This document shows positions 28,681 to 37,969 of a stretch of DNA of 64,000 bases, one piece after another. The stretch's first letter is position 1. Each line of letters starts with the position of its first letter. A program made the position numbers and the translations under genes. The notes under the pieces were generated by a model that searched no databases, was not told where the DNA came from, and saw only the letters and a list, made by a program, of their open reading frames with translations. This DNA is from a virus. Location of the stretch: positions 32,001 to 96,000 of the IMG/VR virus record IMGVR_UViG_3300023199_000127; one strand, written 5' to 3'.

Positions 28681-30780
28681 TTGTCCTACTATCGCTGGTA
28701 TGCCGCATGGGGCCCTAGCCTTCCTCCGCCCACGGAGGAAGTGGTCAGCAGTGAACCCCAGCTAACCACCTTTGACGGTGCTTACGAGCTCACAGAGCCG
28801 TATGGTGCTATCACTGTGAGTGGTGGCTGGGTTCTGCCTGCGCCCAAGATCCCCTCGGTATATGAGTCTGTTAACAAATTCGTTCGCAGTGAAAGCGATA
28901 GGACTTTCCGGTGGCAGGCTGTAGTAAGGCCGGCCAATATCCCGGTGGGTCTGGACTTCCGTGCAGCCTCTAGATATCAGCTGCAGATCACTCCTGATCT
29001 GGGCTACCAGAATCCGGATGAGCTGTTCCAGCCTTATGACATTGGAGCGCGCACTGGTAACTCCCGCCTGTTGATCATTGATGATCTTCAGCCGGGTGTG
29101 GATGTGGTTCAGACTCCGGACCACTTGACCTACACCATCAGTGAGTCGGTTTGGTCCAAGCTGATCAACCCCAGATTCCACCGCTATCTCTGGCGTGTGG
29201 TAGGCCTATCTGATGATGGTGTACCTGGGTTCCCTAGCGACTTCTTTACCTTCGAGGTTCTGACCGGCGTACCCAATGCCTACTGGGCTATTGACGATGT
29301 GCAACCCGCCAACGGCATCACACAGGTGATCACCGGTACGAAGAACTCTCGCGTGTCCTCGATTCAGGTACTGGGTCAGTCGCCGGCTGTTTCGTATCCG
29401 ACCCCCACAACCTGGCGCCTAGAGCTTCCGCTCTCCGGCGCCAAGCAGACCTTCTTCTTGCGCGCTGTGGACGAGGCCGATAATACCTCGGCATACCGTG
29501 CAATCACCATTGAACGTGAGACCGCAACGGCTCGTGACTGGAAGCTGTGGAACTCGCTGGACGAGCTCGGCCAGCTGGTTGCTACTCCTCGTCTCGATGG
29601 TGAATCGAACTCTGATTACCGAACTCGTCTTCTAGACGTTTACAAACACAGGGGCTCCCCGCGGTACCAGGGCCTGCGCAATGCTTTGACGCGCGACCTC
29701 GAACTACTTAGTCTCCAGGCCGATAGGGCTCTAACCATCACCCGCAACCTCCCGCTAGGCCAGGATCAAACCCCGACCCAGGTCGTTCGCATGATGATTG
29801 GACCTATTAAGGTTCATATCTGGGGCGACCAGCTTCGGAAGAAGCTGGAACGCCACATCGTGGATGGCCATACCTGGTCCATTACCCCGCAGTTCCCTAT
29901 AGAGGATGCTGAGCCCATCCTCGAGTGTCCGTTGGGGAGCCCTGTTTCTCCTACCCTGTTCAGTGTGAATAAGGGTCTCAACTCTATCCAGTTCAGAGAC
30001 TCCTCTCTAGCCGGCAAGGAGGTGTATGTCTCCTATCGGTATCGCAAGGAGATCCCCTACCTGGGTATGACTGTGCAGCAGCTGGCAGATGCCATGGAAG
30101 CTATTACGATTGATGGCGTCCAGGTCTTGAATGTGTCCGTGAATGCGGACGCAGCAGCTTCTGCAGCCGCTGGGCTGGACCAGATCCAACCCACGGCAGT
30201 ACTCAATGCTGAGCTTCCCGATGTCACTGGTACTCTGGTGGAGGGAGTGACGGTTCGCTGGTCCCCCATTCGTCTCTATTCCCTGACCGATCAGGAATAC
30301 GAGGAGAACTTCCTTAATGAGTGGGGACATCTGTTCAGCACCAACTACGATGGGTGGGCTGACCAGCTGCGTTCCTTGACCAAGCAGGACTGGGGGCACC
30401 TGGTTGCAGACAAGGCCTTCTTCCAGGACACCGATATCATCAAGGGTGGAGTGGGACTGCGTACCACCATGGATATCGCATATGGGTTCTACAAGAGCTC
30501 CTGTAACTCCACTAAATATGACATCGACCAGTTCATTGCCCTGGGTGGCATTTGTCCCCTGGATGGCTCCAGCTTGATCCTAGTCGGCGTCCCTGATACT
30601 CTTTTGAAGTCTGGCGTCGGGAGCCATGACGACTTGATTGTGCGTATCAAGAGTGTAAGCGGGACCCTTTCTGAGACGCCCGAGGTTCAGACCTCGGTCG
30701 TGCAGCTCCGTAGCGCGGAGCTGACCGACCTTGCTGAATCGCCGGAGGCTGGTCAGGATCTCGCCGTGGAGAACTACTAG
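28681..30780 (+). CDS. Baseplate wedge protein with Fn3/Ig-like domains (699 aa)
   Basis: TTG start. YLWRVVG and FFLRAVDEADNTS are Fn3/Ig-like. WNSLDELG..RLDGESNSDYRTRL..GLRNAL is a wedge (gpI/gp7-like) motif. Confidence 0.6.
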   Translation: MSYYRWYAAWGPSLPPPTEEVVSSEPQLTTFDGAYELTEPYGAITVSGGWVLPAPKIPSVYESVNKFVRSESDRTFRWQAVVRPANIPVGLDFRAASRYQLQITPDLGYQNPDELFQPYDIGARTGNSRLLIIDDLQPGVDVVQTPDHLTYTISESVWSKLINPRFHRYLWRVVGLSDDGVPGFPSDFFTFEVLTGVPNAYWAIDDVQPANGITQVITGTKNSRVSSIQVLGQSPAVSYPTPTTWRLELPLSGAKQTFFLRAVDEADNTSAYRAITIERETATARDWKLWNSLDELGQLVATPRLDGESNSDYRTRLLDVYKHRGSPRYQGLRNALTRDLELLSLQADRALTITRNLPLGQDQTPTQVVRMMIGPIKVHIWGDQLRKKLERHIVDGHTWSITPQFPIEDAEPILECPLGSPVSPTLFSVNKGLNSIQFRDSSLAGKEVYVSYRYRKEIPYLGMTVQQLADAMEAITIDGVQVLNVSVNADAAASAAAGLDQIQPTAVLNAELPDVTGTLVEGVTVRWSPIRLYSLTDQEYEENFLNEWGHLFSTNYDGWADQLRSLTKQDWGHLVADKAFFQDTDIIKGGVGLRTTMDIAYGFYKSSCNSTKYDIDQFIALGGICPLDGSSLILVGVPDTLLKSGVGSHDDLIVRIKSVSGTLSETPEVQTSVVQLRSAELTDLAESPEAGQDLAVENY

Positions 30781-33700
30781 TGGCGGGTCGTGGCCTTTAT
30801 CAAGTCGGACCGAGTCAGGAGTTTACCTCCCTCGGGGCAGCCGTATCCAAGCTCGTTGAAGAGCAGGGACATGGCGCCTTTACCGAAGCCCAGACTATCC
30901 GCGTGGTCGAGTCTGGAATCTATGAGCCTGTTCAGGTTCCGCCTGGCAGCCTGAATCCGATCGCACAGAAGCGCCTGGTGTTTGATACGGCCTCGGGGGT
31001 GGATGCGATCATTTCTGGTCGTGCAGCTCCTGAGCGTTCACACTACGGCTTCAGCCTCTCCAACATTCCCTACGTCAAGATTGATGGGTTTGAGATCCAG
31101 GATGTCCGTAAGGGCATTGTAATGAATAGCTGCTTCCAGGCGCAGGTATACCAGAATCGTATCCAGCGGTGTCTGAACGCTGGTATCTGGATCAACAACT
31201 CTCAGCAGACAATGGTGCTGAACAATGCGCTTGTAGACAACTGGATCGGTCTAAGCTTCACCAGGTCGATCAATGCAGCAGCGTTCTTCAACACGATCTA
31301 CCAGCGACAGGGTCGTACGGTTGGCTGCTTCTTCGATGTCACTTCGGAGCACATAGACTTCTACTCAAACATCGTGCATACAGTGGGTCATCCCTGTGTG
31401 CAGATCTACCGTAAGAATCTGGACAGGCTCCGCAGCAACTACAATGTGCTCTGGGCACCGGGTTCTGATATTGGCCAGATCATCGAGAAGATCGGTGACT
31501 CGGATGTGCTATACGAGCGGCTCCAGGACTACGAGCGCTGGTACAGCACGTTCCAACAGGACTATGCGTCTGTATCCACTGATCCTCAGTTTGTGAACCC
31601 GCAGCCGACGCGTACAGCACCTGCTATCGACGTACGTCTCAGGAAGTTGTCAGTTGCACTGTCTGCAGGTCTCCACCTGGATGCTGCCAACGTCCAGCCC
31701 TGGCCCTCGTGGTCGGAGGATGCTAAGAGTGTTGCCGACACCGATATCGATGGTGTTACTCGTCCTCTGATCACTGAGAAGCGTACTCAGATCGCTGATC
31801 GAGTTGCGATCATCGATCTGATTAACCCTGTGACTGTCGCCGGCGCCTATGCTACTGCAGTGGATGAATCCACGTTCATGGGTGATCCCGTGTTCGTGGG
31901 TGATCGGCCTCCGGCCACTACTAACCTGACCTCCACGCGCCCTGGTGTAATCGAGAGGGCTGCTGACTCCTATGCCAAGCACGTCGAGTGTTGGCATCCT
32001 AGAATCGGCAAGGGCTTCTTCTGGGTCCGCGATCGACAGTATTACCTTTATGCCAGCAAGAGCACTTGCACGCTTGGTGACATCCAGGAAACTCTGTTCG
32101 ATCTACCCATTAAGCTTCTGCCGAATTCCGTCACGGTGACGGTTCGCGGACAGTCGGCGCCGCTCACCTCCTGGGATCTCCATGGCAACACCCTAGTCAT
32201 CAAGCACAAGGACCTTGGAGTAGAGAGCCTGAACGATGAGGCTCAGGTGACCGGTGACTACTACGAGTGGCAGGAGGCTAGCCACAAGTTCATCACCAAG
32301 TCCATTACGGTTCGCTTCAAGTTCCGTGATGGCGAGAACCGCTGGGTCCTTCCCGAGGCTCCCAAGGATGCTGCCCCGATCGTTGTGACTGACGATACCA
32401 TTGGTCGTATGGACCGTCGCACGATGCTGCACCAGCAGTATCGTGTGCAGGGATCAACTACTCCCGGAGAGCCTGCTGTGCTGGAGTTCCTCCACCACAA
32501 CAAGCTGCTGAACCCGGACTTCCACTACGGCAGTGACACGGGAGCTGGTGACTGGGAGATCGGCGGTTCACCCATTGTCCAGCGGTTGAGCTACTACACG
32601 GACGAAGATGATCAGAAGATCTACCCGTTGCGGGGCGGGAAGCTGTGCCATTTGGCGGCTGCTGCAGTGCCAACTGGCAACTACATCGGCCAGCAGGTGC
32701 GCGTTGACTACCGTGAGCCTCACGTGTTTTCGGTATACGCAAAAGCACCTGAGAGTGATCCTGCATCTCTGCACCTCACCGTTGTGGAGTATGACGCCCT
32801 GAACAGGGAAATCACTGGTGGCACCTACGAAGCTTCCGTGCCCACTGGTGATTGGCAGAGATTCGGATTGAATCTGTGGCGTACCCCCAGTACCCAGACC
32901 AACCTGGGCGACGCTGATCTCGACTTCTTCTTCAGCGCCAATGCGCTGGAGCTCAATACTGGTACCGCTAGTGTGCTGCTGAAACTCTCATCTGACAGCG
33001 ATGGAGTCTTGGTTGACGCTGCTCAGCTGGAGGAGGGTTACCGTCCTACTCGATTCACCAATCTACCCCGCGGTAGCGATGGAACGGTGGAGTATGAGAC
33101 CAGTGATGCGCAGATGTACCAGGTAAACGATCTGCCAGTCACTCCTATCAGAAACCCGAACCATGCTGGGTTCCTGTACATTGGCGCTGTGCCGGCTCAG
33201 CAGCTGGATACTGGTGCGCCGGCCGATGCCACTACGCTGAGTGACTGGGCCTGGCCCCGAGGTCGCACTAACTACCTGCCTTGGGCCAAGCTCCACGGTG
33301 CCAATAAGATGCGCCGTGTTTCGGAGTGGGATCAGTACGATTCTCCCCAGCTGCCCAGAGAGATTTCTCCGGGCTTGCCTGTTCCTAATGCTGGCGACAT
33401 CAGCATGGATCCGGGTGAGGTTGTGGCTCGACAGGGTAACAGCGGCGAAGGCTTCGCTCTGGGTATCCTGGATGGGTACGGTAATCCGTTTGCCTTCGAG
33501 CGTGCACGTCTCGAGCTCTACTGCGACAACGGAGCCTTCCCCGGCTACCTACATATTCGCGAGTGGGGCCTCAGCACAAAGCTTGGACAGGACGTTACAA
33601 AGATCACTAACGAGAAGGGTGAGGTGGCGGCTCGGTGGATCCCGCCTGCATCGGAGGATGTCGAGTTTCGTGGCACTGCTCCGTCTGTGCAAGGCACGGT

Positions 33701-34286
33701 CAACACGGGTGAAAACCAGCCCCTCCCCTTCTCCTTTGTCGATGTCCGCTACCCGGTCAATGCCACCAACCATGGCAATGCATCAGTCCATCAGGATGAT
33801 GACACCCAGATCCTGCTGACGGGCGTTAGCTCGGCAGTCAGGATCATGCCTCGCAACCAGCAGGGCAAGTCGGTATATGAGCTGACTGGCCAGTATCCCA
33901 ACTACGGATCTGTCACTGTCCAGCTCGAGAGTATTACCGGCGGGCTCGGATACCCCCTGATCGAGACGCGTAATCCCATCGTTGCTGGTGGGGAATTCTA
34001 TGTGGACTATGAGCGTGGCCAGATTATGGTCGAGGGCACCACGCAGGCTCCTGCCCGCGTGGTCTTCACTCCTCGTACCACATGGAGAAACCCGGTATAC
34101 CCCCGTCGAATTTACTTCGACGCTCGCTATCTGGATACTCTCACCGGTGACTTGGTGGTCCGGTATGATGCTTTCGCGCGGCTGAAGGTGACTGCACAGG
34201 AGCCCACTGGTGTTACCCAGGGGGCGACTGCTGAGCGCGTATTCAGTACGCTGGTAGCACAGAATCCGAACAGGGGAGACTTCTAG
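30780..34286 (+). CDS. Tail appendage with N-terminal right-handed beta-helix (pectate-lyase-like) plus CBM-like domain (1168 aa)
   Basis: VGPSQEFTSLGAAV; IDGFEI..NRI..GIWINNS..NNALVDN..FNTIY Asn-ladder; SVSTDPQFV; later NKLLNPDFH..VLVDAAQLEEG CBM-like. Confidence 0.7.
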   Translation: MAGRGLYQVGPSQEFTSLGAAVSKLVEEQGHGAFTEAQTIRVVESGIYEPVQVPPGSLNPIAQKRLVFDTASGVDAIISGRAAPERSHYGFSLSNIPYVKIDGFEIQDVRKGIVMNSCFQAQVYQNRIQRCLNAGIWINNSQQTMVLNNALVDNWIGLSFTRSINAAAFFNTIYQRQGRTVGCFFDVTSEHIDFYSNIVHTVGHPCVQIYRKNLDRLRSNYNVLWAPGSDIGQIIEKIGDSDVLYERLQDYERWYSTFQQDYASVSTDPQFVNPQPTRTAPAIDVRLRKLSVALSAGLHLDAANVQPWPSWSEDAKSVADTDIDGVTRPLITEKRTQIADRVAIIDLINPVTVAGAYATAVDESTFMGDPVFVGDRPPATTNLTSTRPGVIERAADSYAKHVECWHPRIGKGFFWVRDRQYYLYASKSTCTLGDIQETLFDLPIKLLPNSVTVTVRGQSAPLTSWDLHGNTLVIKHKDLGVESLNDEAQVTGDYYEWQEASHKFITKSITVRFKFRDGENRWVLPEAPKDAAPIVVTDDTIGRMDRRTMLHQQYRVQGSTTPGEPAVLEFLHHNKLLNPDFHYGSDTGAGDWEIGGSPIVQRLSYYTDEDDQKIYPLRGGKLCHLAAAAVPTGNYIGQQVRVDYREPHVFSVYAKAPESDPASLHLTVVEYDALNREITGGTYEASVPTGDWQRFGLNLWRTPSTQTNLGDADLDFFFSANALELNTGTASVLLKLSSDSDGVLVDAAQLEEGYRPTRFTNLPRGSDGTVEYETSDAQMYQVNDLPVTPIRNPNHAGFLYIGAVPAQQLDTGAPADATTLSDWAWPRGRTNYLPWAKLHGANKMRRVSEWDQYDSPQLPREISPGLPVPNAGDISMDPGEVVARQGNSGEGFALGILDGYGNPFAFERARLELYCDNGAFPGYLHIREWGLSTKLGQDVTKITNEKGEVAARWIPPASEDVEFRGTAPSVQGTVNTGENQPLPFSFVDVRYPVNATNHGNASVHQDDDTQILLTGVSSAVRIMPRNQQGKSVYELTGQYPNYGSVTVQLESITGGLGYPLIETRNPIVAGGEFYVDYERGQIMVEGTTQAPARVVFTPRTTWRNPVYPRRIYFDARYLDTLTGDLVVRYDAFARLKVTAQEPTGVTQGATAERVFSTLVAQNPNRGDF

Positions 34287-36307
34287 TGGCAACGAGCAAA
34301 GTGACTCAGGTCCTGGCTCTGACCGATGAAAACGGCCAGAAGACCGGCAAGGTCGGTATCGAATTCGAGGTATCGAGCAGTGGTCTCTGGCGTTTCCTGA
34401 ACAACTCCCCTGCCATCTTTGTCGACCAGGCTGGTAATCGCGGCCGGATGACGCCGGCCGAGGATCACCCTCTCCACCTGCAGACTCCTGCCCTGGTCGC
34501 AACCAAGCGCAGCTTCTGGTACATCTGGGATGCCTTCAAGGATGGCATCAACATCGACCAGTTCGATGTGCTCACCTGGGGCTATCAGATCCCCATGGTC
34601 AACGTGCAACATGGACTTGCGGTTGGTAGATCTACCCCCACCAGGCATCCCTCGATCGCCAAGCTAGATGCTGATATCGGTGATGCCGATCTAGCAGAGA
34701 CTCCCTCCAAGCCCACCGTGGCACCCTCATTCTCCCAGGACCCCACCTGGGCGCCTGAGGCGGCCCAGGAGAGCCCCAAGTCTGGGACGACCGAGGATGC
34801 CTCTGGGCATACGATCGTCCGACCTGGAGCGCCTGGCGTGCCCAGAACAGCCCTTCCTACCCAGAGTAGCCCTGGTGAGCTGGCTCAGGAGCCCAATTAT
34901 GGGTTCCCGGAGAGCCCTATTAGCCAGCCTGGAGCTGATACTGAGGACTCTGATGGGGTTGTGACCGAGTCTGCTGAGACGCCTGCACTGGCTGAATTCC
35001 CGGTGCCGGTAGGGAGCCAGGAGGCTCCCGACCTCAAGAAGCTGCAACAAAAGCAGGGGATAGACGGAGTAGGCAATGAGCCTGATGAGCCGGTGAAGGT
35101 TGCTGGCCGCAAGGTGGATATCCCTAATCTGTCGTCCAGTACCGCTTCGCTGAAGCCCGTTCCTTTCCTGGACTATCAAGCAGGGACTGCAGGTGACTCA
35201 TATCACTCGAGTGCTGCCGTGGCCGGCGAGGCTGATGCATCTCTGACTGTCCTCATGGAGCCGCGTGTGATCCCGGTTGGTGAATATGCTGCAGTCTCCG
35301 TACTAGTAAAGAACAGACATCATGCTGGCATGCTCACCAACGTGGGTCTCTATCTCGAAGCTCGTACTTCTGACGGACAGAGGATTGTCATCGCCAATGG
35401 CTCCAAGGATATCACGCTTGGGCCTGGTGAAAGCGTATCGCAGGACTTCAGGTTCGAAGTCAGAGACTTGGCGATCGGCGATGCCATCGTGACTGGCGTC
35501 CTGTTTAGTGCAGGCGGAGCGCCCATGGCTAAGAAGACTATCGACTTCTTCATTGGGCCCTCGGACTACAGCGCACGCTCTATGGGTCGTTCAGCTCCTG
35601 AGCAATTTGTCAGAGACGAGAAGCTGCCTAGCGAAGTCGTGAGCATCATCAATGCGAGCGACGCTGGGTGTAACTGTATTTCCGCGGGAATGTATCGGTA
35701 TGGCCAGCCCTGGATTTATCAGTTCCAGGCTACGAAAACGAACATTGGCTTTGCCCTTCAGTTGAATGGTATGGCAGACGCAGCCAATGTACGTATGCGT
35801 ATGCGTGTGGGCCGTGGCACCAACTTTGATGACTATGTCGAAGTGACACAGCCGCTCCAGACCGGTTCTGTGGTGATCCATCCTGGCACCCAAGCCGGCG
35901 CCATCGGCCTCACAGAACTTCTTGGAACCTCCATTGCATCAGGCGATCAGCTCTGGGTGTCTGTGGAGCAGACTACCCCGCTCTATGATCCTAGCTATGT
36001 GTTCACCCTGCACGCCAATGGTGCCCAGCTCCTGTCCCAGACTTCTCTGTTGGATGTAGATGTGGATGGGAATCTGAGCGGAACGCTCAAGATTCCCTAC
36101 CTTGCTCAAGATGTAATCCTGGAAAACACCAGGACTCTTGAGGTGCTGCGGCTTCTGATGCCTGGTGGCCCCGCAGATATCCAGGAGAGAGCTTGGCCAA
36201 GTGGTAGTCTTCTCGCAGTGGTCGCGGGAGACCAGATCGCGGTTAGGCCTGGCGGGGTCTTCAACCGGTTCGCTGATGTCTACGAGACCTTGACGGTGCC
36301 TGCATAA
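34286..36307 (+). CDS. Virion protein with Pro/Ser/Glu/Thr-rich linker and Ig-like domains (673 aa)
   Basis: Low-complexity segment at about 34680-35110 separating beta-rich domains. Confidence 0.55.
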   Translation: MATSKVTQVLALTDENGQKTGKVGIEFEVSSSGLWRFLNNSPAIFVDQAGNRGRMTPAEDHPLHLQTPALVATKRSFWYIWDAFKDGINIDQFDVLTWGYQIPMVNVQHGLAVGRSTPTRHPSIAKLDADIGDADLAETPSKPTVAPSFSQDPTWAPEAAQESPKSGTTEDASGHTIVRPGAPGVPRTALPTQSSPGELAQEPNYGFPESPISQPGADTEDSDGVVTESAETPALAEFPVPVGSQEAPDLKKLQQKQGIDGVGNEPDEPVKVAGRKVDIPNLSSSTASLKPVPFLDYQAGTAGDSYHSSAAVAGEADASLTVLMEPRVIPVGEYAAVSVLVKNRHHAGMLTNVGLYLEARTSDGQRIVIANGSKDITLGPGESVSQDFRFEVRDLAIGDAIVTGVLFSAGGAPMAKKTIDFFIGPSDYSARSMGRSAPEQFVRDEKLPSEVVSIINASDAGCNCISAGMYRYGQPWIYQFQATKTNIGFALQLNGMADAANVRMRMRVGRGTNFDDYVEVTQPLQTGSVVIHPGTQAGAIGLTELLGTSIASGDQLWVSVEQTTPLYDPSYVFTLHANGAQLLSQTSLLDVDVDGNLSGTLKIPYLAQDVILENTRTLEVLRLLMPGGPADIQERAWPSGSLLAVVAGDQIAVRPGGVFNRFADVYETLTVPA

Positions 36308-36918
36308 TGCCTAGCTTGAAAGACATCCTCGAGTCCGGCCTTCCCGTTGGAAGCCCCGAAGGTACTTCAACTTACCCGGATAGCATTCCTACCCCTGAAG
36401 ATGCTGGTGTTCTGCGTCCTCCCGGACTGGGACTGGGTCTCGGTAATGAAGACAACTACCTGTCTCCTGATGATGTGGCACTGCTGGGCAATGGACTAGT
36501 AGCCAGTCGGGCGGCAACCGCCCGTGTGGCTACGGCTATTTCCTCCGGGACTGCAATTGATGATCTCTTGCAGGACCTGACAGGGATCATTCCCATGGCT
36601 CCATTTGTTGTGCGCTTTGATACTGTGGGTGACGGCAATATCTTTGGCTCTGATGTTAAGCCTTCCGTGATCCATCATCAGGTGGGTGTCGCACGTCGCA
36701 ATGCTGATGGCCACGAGCTCGGTGGCCTACAGTTCATCATCCAGCGGTACATCGGTACCCCCGATAACGTAGCTACGTTCCGCGACTGGACCACTTACGG
36801 GAACCTTCCTGGTAACGTGGCCTGGAACTTCTATGCTCGTCAAGATATCGAATATGGATATCGGATCAAGTGGAAGGGTTCTACGGAATCCAACTGGTCC
36901 TCCTGGAGTGTGGTGTAA
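36307..36918 (+). CDS. Hypothetical structural protein (203 aa), Fn3-like C-terminus
   Basis: TAATG coupling. Ends YGYRIKWKG..SNWSSW. Confidence 0.5.
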   Translation: MPSLKDILESGLPVGSPEGTSTYPDSIPTPEDAGVLRPPGLGLGLGNEDNYLSPDDVALLGNGLVASRAATARVATAISSGTAIDDLLQDLTGIIPMAPFVVRFDTVGDGNIFGSDVKPSVIHHQVGVARRNADGHELGGLQFIIQRYIGTPDNVATFRDWTTYGNLPGNVAWNFYARQDIEYGYRIKWKGSTESNWSSWSVV

Positions 36919-37712
36919 TGCCCTCTTCTATTGAGTTCGATAGCGTTTACGACTTTGCAGGCCTTAGAGTGCACTGCAATGCTGAGCGCCGGGCTCGGAA
37001 CGGCGCTACTGATGGTGCCGATGTCCTGAACGTCCTGAACAATGTAGATAGAGGTCCTGATTGGACAGACGCGAACACTCCTACATGGCATGACAATCAG
37101 CTGAATGGCGAGCCGATCTTTAGGTTTGGTTCAAATGAAGGATTCACTGAAGCACTGGGAGATGGCAATCGCCAAGAAGAGCTGCACCCTCTGGTAGATG
37201 ACTGGATCCAGTGGATGTATGAAGGCCCCATTCTGGTGATGACAGTGATGCGACAGACCGGGGACTTCTCCGTGCAGCGGAACTGGTTTGGTTTCGGGGC
37301 TAGTCTTGGTTCTGGCTGGAACCTGCAGACCAATACCTCCACCCAGTTTGTTGCTGAATGGAGTGATGGCTCTAGTGACTATACACAGGTTCTAACACCC
37401 ACCCCGGTACAGAATGACTGGTACATCTGCATGTGGTCATGGGATGGTGAGACGGACAGCCAATTCAGGATTGGGCTCAACTCCTTCTACGAAGATGCAG
37501 ATTTGGTGGACTTGAGCTCGCAAAACTTCTTGGCCGAGGGCGCTGGTGGATATCCCTACGGGCCGTGGCAATTTGGCCAAGCGTGGGCTAATAACATAGA
37601 TGCTGGTGAATGTGCTATGTGGGCTTTCTGGCGTGGTATTGAAGCTAATGAAAAGGCATGGGATGGCTTGCTGCGCTATGCTGGCACCAAGTACGACATC
37701 TCTCTTTCGTAA
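36918..37712 (+). CDS. LamG/concanavalin-like lectin-fold protein (start moved to ATG 36918)
   Basis: TAATG overlap with the previous stop. NQLNGEPIFRF and DWYICMWSWDG..GECAMW..YAGTKYDI pattern. Confidence 0.55.
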   Translation: MPSSIEFDSVYDFAGLRVHCNAERRARNGATDGADVLNVLNNVDRGPDWTDANTPTWHDNQLNGEPIFRFGSNEGFTEALGDGNRQEELHPLVDDWIQWMYEGPILVMTVMRQTGDFSVQRNWFGFGASLGSGWNLQTNTSTQFVAEWSDGSSDYTQVLTPTPVQNDWYICMWSWDGETDSQFRIGLNSFYEDADLVDLSSQNFLAEGAGGYPYGPWQFGQAWANNIDAGECAMWAFWRGIEANEKAWDGLLRYAGTKYDISLS

Positions 37713-37969
37713 TGATTATCGTCCAATTCAATGAACTCTTCCCCGAGGGTCATCCGCTTAGCCTAGTGGAACTGCCGGATCTTCGTGGAAAGTATATGCC
37801 GTTTGACAACGAAGGAGATCTGGCGCCCACTAAGGGCGCCGGCGCACATGTTGGGGGCTTTACAGGTTGCCCAAAATGTGGAGAATGGGTACTGATTACC
37901 CTCGAGCAACGCCACGGGCAGCCTATCAAGTGCTCTTGTGGTGAGGAGTTCAGCCTGAATGACCTTTAA
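37712..37969 (+). CDS. Small zinc-ribbon protein (85 aa)
   Basis: TAATG start. CPKC..KCSCG metal-binding motif. Confidence 0.55.
   Translation: MIIVQFNELFPEGHPLSLVELPDLRGKYMPFDNEGDLAPTKGAGAHVGGFTGCPKCGEWVLITLEQRHGQPIKCSCGEEFSLNDL

Noticed and set aside
31-30780. Bacterial eCIS/tailocin or T6SS rather than a phage
   Set aside because: Dense phage-style small hypotheticals, ClpP and enzyme genes flank the module, and no eCIS AAA+ ATPase or T6SS membrane complex is evident. Capsid genes are probably outside the window.
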